Below are positions 33,644 through 39,950 of a stretch of 39,950 bases of DNA, in pieces (position 1 is the stretch's first letter; the number at the start of each line of letters is the position of its first letter). The stretch lies in NCBI GenBank assembly GCA_025201805.1, contig MU619301.1:1-39950 (forward strand), in the 5' to 3' direction. This DNA comes from Parasitella parasitica NRRL 2501 (Eukaryota > Fungi > Mucoromycota). Both the position numbers and the translations under genes were made by a program. Below the pieces are notes generated by a model that made no database searches, was not told where the DNA came from, and saw only the letters and a list, made by a program, of their open reading frames with translations.

Positions 33644-36600
33644 ATGGATTACTTTTCAAAGTTCAAAAAGCGTATTGCCCCACCCAAAGTACAACCAACC
33701 AGTGCTTTGCAATTAGTAAAGTTCCATAAATGTTGGGATTATGTCCATGTAAGCATATACGCGGTACATCTATGTGTGTAGTGACCTCAACTTCAATCTC
33801 GATAGAACATCTTTATAGCAGAGGATCGAAAGATCAACCTGCATATCAAACAGACCGAGATTCCTGAAAGGCTTCGCCAGATGGTAGACATGTTGGTAGA
33901 TGAGGAAGCTCGACAAGAAGATAATACAACTGGTGTATGCATGGAGTATTTTCTCAAACATGGTGTACTTCAATATCTTGTCAATGTCTCTGAAAAGATG
34001 GATTATCCAGAAGGAATCCGCGGCGAAAGCATTCGCACCATTGCGTCAATGGTGGATTTATTAGATGATCGCTTTCTGGTGCATAACGCTGTGCATAAGC
34101 CCACCATCAAGCTGCTTCGATTTTGCGTGTTGGACGAGCGTCAGAGTGAACTGGACCATGAAGATCTGGTGGATTTAATGTACATTATATGCTCCAAGAT
34201 TCACGGCTTTCCTGCACTACTCAACATCTTTTTTCACGATAAGCAGTGGCTGACAACGCCTCAAAAGACATCTACTACTACTACGACAACATCAGCATTA
34301 GATGCCCCTCTCATGATGCCCATGGCTGAAATACAAGCCGCACCACCAGAGTACGAGTTTCTGCTATTTACATATCTGTTGAGATATATACATCGCGAGG
34401 GACGGTCTGGAGACTACGCTCGAACAGGATTATTGTTTTTGATGGAAATGGCCACAGATCAACTGGGTGATTTTATCCTTGAATCAGATTTCGCTACAAT
34501 CATGGCAGCTGGACTAGGTGCACTATACTCTCAATTGCCTCGCAAACTCATCATCAAAGACGAAAGCGAGATCAACAGCACAGCAGCATCTTACTTATTG
34601 GGGCAGGACTTGGATCCTCGCTCGTTCCCGTCAGACGAATTTGGAGTAGAGCAATCTAATTCTGCTCAATTCAAATACCAGTTGGATTCATTCTTGAAAC
34701 TATTAGAATTCTGTCAAGATGTGCTGCTTCGATGCCCAAATGACGCCATTTCAAAGCGTCTGCTGCAGTGTACTCGTGGCATATTCATGGAAAACATACT
34801 GTATCCTTCCATCTTGGAGTGCTCTGACATAGACGGCTCCTCGGTCGCTGTGATTAGTTACATTGATTTGATTTTGCAAATTGTACAGCAGCAAGATCTG
34901 GCCACTGTCATAGTGGGCTTCTTAATGGACGATACAGACGATGAGGAGCATATAGTGGACAAGCTAACAATGGCTCCACCGACAAACTTGGGTGGCATTG
35001 AGCTTGGCTACAAGAGCACGCCTTACTACACTGCTGCAGAACGATTCACGCTCAAAGATCTGATCTTTACTCGACTCAAATCAAGCTCGCAACCCACTGT
35101 AATTGCAACCTTAAAGTTACTGAAAACGCTGATTGTCAAACACTGCAGATTTGCGGATCGATTGCTGTCTACTGTGCTTGATAGAAAAGCCGATAATGAA
35201 GAGAAGCCGCCTTCTACCAACATATCCCACCACATGCGCGAGATTCAGTTGTATTTCTCTCTTATTTCTGCTATAGATCAAGTACATGCAGACGATATAT
35301 TAACATTGGGCTACGAAGATTACTTAGAAGACGTAAAAACAATCATGCAACAAGACATTTGCTACCAATGCTTGATTGAGTCGCCTTATGATAAGCACCC
35401 CGTACTGCGCAACAAGCCAGTTTCTTCCAAAAGCGATCGGCGACGAAGCAAGCAGTACGAAGATGCGTATCACCAGTACCAGCACAGAATAATGTCGGAT
35501 GCACTACCGCTTGTTCACCAACGTATCCAGTCGGCCGATACGCTTGTCCAGCTCTTGTTGGGTCTATTATCTCACTTCTTTGCGCAGTCATCTCAACTCA
35601 ATTTGGCTTTGACAAACGTCATTTCAGCACTTGCTCTTTGTCCGTACCGAAGTTTGGAGGGATGGATCACTTTTAGCGATTCAGATCGCACAAATGATAA
35701 TGACATACTGAATCTAGGCAGTAATAGTGGCGCTGGAAGCAATAGCACTAACCCAGATATGCCCATCACCAACGATCCTTGCGAAAGTCAGTCGGATTTG
35801 CCTCAAGAAGACGACGATGATGATCGATCTCTAGATTTTGGTGCAGAGCGTAACTCTGCTCGTATGACCACTCCGACACAGTTCAAATCATTTCCCCCAT
35901 TTTATACGCTCCTCCGCACATTAACTCAGCAGGTGGATTACTACAGATCAGAGGTGGATGGGTTTGACGTCTTGTTGGACGAACGATGGAATGGACTACT
36001 GCTTGGCCAGCCAACCACCGTAGCAGCTGCTCCTACCCCGTCCCTCTCAAGCTCCGTTCGTCGTGCATCCGCTGATCCACAGCCTACTGTATCCGCTAGC
36101 ACAGCAACAGCTGGTGCAGCATCCATTGTTAGCAAGCTATTTGGTTTGGGCAGCAGCACAAGCACCACCACGCAGAGCTCAGCAGCATCAAACATACTCG
36201 GCACGGGTGGCAATGGTGCAGCGCAGCAACCGAGTAAACGCCGTAATTCTGTTGCCAGTTTAAAGCCATCTACATCAGCCACTACTGCTAATCTTTCTAA
36301 TTCATTATCTTCGAGCACAATGGCACCAGCGTTGCTGTCCGCGTCATCAGTAGTAGGTAGTAGCGTTGGTGGAGGTAGTGGTAATGGTGGAGGCGGTGGA
36401 GGAGCGCCGGGAACACCGGGAGCAGCCGCAACAGCATCATCTTTTCCTCCAGTACCTCCAGCTATTCATCCCTTGTCTCCACTGGCTTTGCATGCTAAAA
36501 AGACACTGCAGGTACACATCCAGCCCTTATTTCCTTCCAACTTTGAGATCGATAGAGATCCAATCCTGAATCTAGATGCGGATGATGAGGATGTATTTGC

Positions 36601-36763
36601 GCCTACGCAACATCCATCACAACGAAGAAAAGACAAATCAACCGAAATTTCGCTATCCATGTTGCTGAACAACGTTGTCATTCTGGAAGAAACTATTAAA
36701 GAGTTGGTAGCTATTATGCAAGTAAGACGAAGTCTAGGTATTGATAGAATAAGATATACATAA
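33644..36763 (+). CDS. FHIP/FAM160 (RAI16-like) subunit of the FTS-Hook-FHIP complex, 2 exons
   Basis: CMEYFLKHGVL, EFLLFTYLLRYIHREGRSGDYARTGLL, MAAGLGALYSQLP and NVVILEETIKELVAIMQVR. Confidence 0.9.
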
Positions 36764-36860
36764 TAAAACTTTTTTATATTTTTTTATTAACAATACTGTA
36801 TATATGAAGGGGTAAATTACTCTGTATATGAATGTTGTCTATGTTAATTACAGTATATGT

Positions 36861-38193
36861 TTACTGCTGCTCGTTCTTATCGCCATTTGAAGTTACACTT
36901 CTGGAAGAGGATACAGATTTAGACGAAGTAGATGAATTTGGACGATAATTTGGGTTTGATGAAGGTAAAACAAACCCGCCTGCATTATTTCTGCTTCCTT
37001 CTCCAAAAACAGCACCAGGACTGAAAATACTCTTTATCTCATCATAAGGTCGAGGAGGCAGGTAGTGTTGATAGAACTGATATAGGTTCTGCTGGTTTAA
37101 TTGTTGCTGTTGGTGGATTTGTTGCGATTGTTGGAACGGAGAAACATGATGAAGATAGACATTAGAAAAGCCATTTGTGGTTTTGCTCGCAGATGGATCT
37201 GGGTCGTCTTTCTCTGCAACGTCATCCGGCTTGTAAAACGAATACTGCTTGTTTTGCTCTTCTAAAGAAACTGTTCTGTCGGGTATATACACCGACTCTT
37301 CTTCTTTATCCTTTTGCTCTTCTTGGCTACAATCGCTCTTGACAGATGCAGTAGTGGAGGGAACAGGTGATGTCTTTTCTTTAAAAGGTACAGGTGGCAA
37401 TTGCTTCACAATGAGGGGATTGTGACCATGATGAGCTGTCAATGTTCTGCGCACTTTGGCTTTATCAGGATTCCATTCTTCAATAGCTTTCTGGGCGTCG
37501 TCATGAATACGCTTTGTCTTTTCTGTGCCTTCATAGGGCCTTCTTTCTTCGCCAGCCTTGACTGGCTCCACATCCAACTCATCCACAATGTATTTACCGA
37601 ATGTTGATATGATGTCAGATTTGCTCGCCATTGCATGCATGCCGTTCAACAACAAATATAAACCCTCACGCGTAGCGATGCGTTTGAAATTTTTCATGTC
37701 TGCTTCATCAGGGGCTGTAAACTCTTCCAATTGCTCAAGTTGTTCCTCAAGACTCTTGACCTTATCTAAAGCAGATAATGAACTTTTCAATCGTTCAATT
37801 TGATCCCTGATTTTTCGCTTTTGATCACGGCCTGGCTGTAGAGTGGCTTCCTTGACAGAAATAGATTTTAAAGTATCCCGATATTGATTGACAGAGTCTT
37901 GAAATTCCATCAGAATATTGGACCATAGAATGAGGAGATGGCCTAATTTATTGGTAACATCCTTTGGACGCAAAATATGTATGAGATTACAAAGTGAATT
38001 TCGTGCAAAAGTTACTTACGGCCGTGTCATCTCCTAATACAGATCCATATGATATCAAGTTGTTGGCTGAGACACGGTTGTCATTAGCTAGTTGACCGAT
38101 ACTACGAATGGATTTTTGTGAATTTTCGAGTACATCTAACAAACCCTTTTGTGAGAATGGTTTATCGTTTGCCTTGTGAAATAACGCAAACAT
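36861..38193 (-). CDS. eisosome PIL1/LSP1-family BAR-domain protein, 2 exons
   Basis: YGSVLGDDTA|DVTNKLGHLL..., YRDTLKSISVKEATLQPGRDQKRKIRDQIERLK, EADMKNFKR and FGKYIVDELD...PYEG. Confidence 0.82.
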
Positions 38194-38383
38194 TTTCTTT
38201 CTTTCTTTTTTTAAAAAAAAACTGCAAAAGTCAATAAAAAGGTTCCTGAATCCTCTGTTTATATACCTTTTTTTGCTCACAAAAATGACATCATAAATGA
38301 GCTGCCTGCAGGACATTCAGCAAAAATGGTAATTTTTTTCAAGTTTTCATTCGTTTCCTCTTTCTCATCGTTGACAAAAAAAT

Positions 38384-39348
38384 ATGAGTGTATCTTTACT
38401 TGCATACGTCGTAACCTTTTTTATATTCATCTGCAACTATACATTGACCATTTGCTCTCTGATATTTCCTAAATGGTATTCGCTATATGAATGTAATGTT
38501 GGATCAATTCCATTATTAATATATCAACTTTATTAGGCTCACTTTTGTAACTCCTGTGCCTTTTTACATTGAGACAAATTATGGATTATTCAAGCTCTGT
38601 AGAAGGTACTACGTTTTGTTACTTGTACAGAGGATCTGTGCTGATTATTTGTTAATAATATATAGCATAACAAGAGACTGTCGTCCATTTCCTTCTTACG
38701 ATCATGGAGATTGTGAAGAAGGTTTGTAACATTTTACAAGGTGAAAGACTGATTTTTAATCACCATGTTTTTTCTCAATAATGATCAGAGGGATTTTGTG
38801 AACTATGGTATATGATAATATCAGATTGAGATTGAGTACAATGCGATCTAAACCATTACGATTGCCTTCTTTTTTAAAAAATACAGGCGAGCAGCAGCAG
38901 CAGGGATGGTAATAGCAGCAGTTATCGGCGGATTGACTATACTGGCTTTATTGGCAACGATGTGTAGCCAAAGACGCAAGAGAAGCAAGGCTTGGGCTCC
39001 CATATCACTGTAAGTTGAGTCTAATATTCTTGTATATAAAAGATTCGGTTCATTCACACTTTTTTGTCTTAGTTTGTTTTTGATTTACGGTAAGTTTCAA
39101 ATAGTTGTCGAAGTTTGCCATATAACTTATCCCTAAAGGATATATTATTAGCTCTTCCTCAGGCATTTTCCATGGGTACAATCACTTATCTATTCAACTC
39201 GAGTGCAACATTTTATATGGGAACCCGTTACAACTTTTCATTCATATTTTGCATCATTAGTTGGATTTTGAGCGTCATGTTGTCTGTCGTTCTCTCGTTG
39301 ATCGCTTTCTTGGCTCCTCCCGAATATGCTTATCAACAACTCCATTAG
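38384..39348 (+). CDS. claudin/SUR7-like tetraspan membrane protein, about 7 exons
   Basis: Spliced TM1...FPKWLTF..NYGLFKLCRSITRDCRPFP..DCEEEGFCELWRAA fits the claudin-type W-GL(W/F)-C-C motif; further hydrophobic helices follow. Confidence 0.75.
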
Positions 39349-39824
39349 CTACATTTATACTTATTCTAGGCAGAAATAAGCTATTGAAAAACAGTTTTTT
39401 TTTTTAAAAAAAATATGCCTTTTTAAGTTTTATATCTGAACTTGTACTCCAAAGAAATAAAGAAAATATTGATGCATATGTTGACAATGTTTGGGGAGAT
39501 AAATTTTGTTTATCATACAGAATAGATTGTTGTTAAAAAGTTGAGTGCCGTTTTCAAAAAGAAAAAATATCGACCTCTTGGCATTAGGAGGGCAAAGAGT
39601 TACCAGGAGCCTCCGTTAAAAAAAGAATAAATTGCGATGCAATCCATTGGAAAACGCGATAGACGATAATAAAGGTTGGATTTAGGTATTTCAGCATTAT
39701 TTTTATCTATATGACATTTTTTAAGATGTAGAATTTATTGGTAGAACAAGAGTGCAATGTTTTAAAAAAGCCAGTAAATTAAGACTGAAAGCACTATATT
39801 AGTGTACACTATTTTCACAAATTA

Positions 39825-39910
39825 TTGGCGCACATTTGGAAAAAAGATTGGCGTACTAACTGGAAAAAAATTGGCGCATAAATGGATTAAAATTTGGCAC
39901 AAAAATTGAA
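39825..39910 (+). repeat. degenerate 23-bp tandem repeat, about 3.7 units
   Basis: TTGGC starts at 39825, 39848, 39871 and 39894 with an exact 23-bp period. Confidence 0.75.
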
Positions 39911-39950
39911 TGCGACACATGCGACAAATAATCTTTATTTCTAGATAGGC

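Noticed and set aside
39825-39910. CRISPR-like array
   Set aside because: Eukaryotic context, degenerate contiguous units, no unique spacers and no cas genes.

Overview
Eukaryotic fungal DNA, most likely Mucorales (inferred from short GT-AG introns, dense gene packing and the repeat and gene families present). Positions 1-12850 are a transposon-derived block. It holds a decayed DIRS-type reverse transcriptase and L1-like LINE endonuclease/linker remnants interrupted by two opposite-orientation copies of an AATT-flanked element without terminal inverted repeats (TIRs). It also holds an array of palindromic 12-mers and a Helitron, whose Rep/Pif1 gene has four N-terminal zinc-knuckle-like repeats, a nonsense codon, a truncated helicase and a structured 3' end, with an intact 3-exon orphan gene upstream. 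After a scaffold gap at 12851-12860 comes a gene-dense host region: SUR2, LDB17/SPIN90-like, a neuferricin-like cytochrome b5 protein, a hypothetical protein, a STE20-like kinase, UBE2S, a secreted Cys-rich repeat protein, a GH46 chitosanase, tRNA-Gln(TTG), a cytochrome P450, a secreted protein with a C-terminal 6-Cys domain, a hypothetical protein, FHIP/FAM160, and a head-to-head pair of PIL1-like and claudin/SUR7-like genes. A 23-bp tandem repeat closes the window. Exon boundaries were read by hand and no database searches were run.
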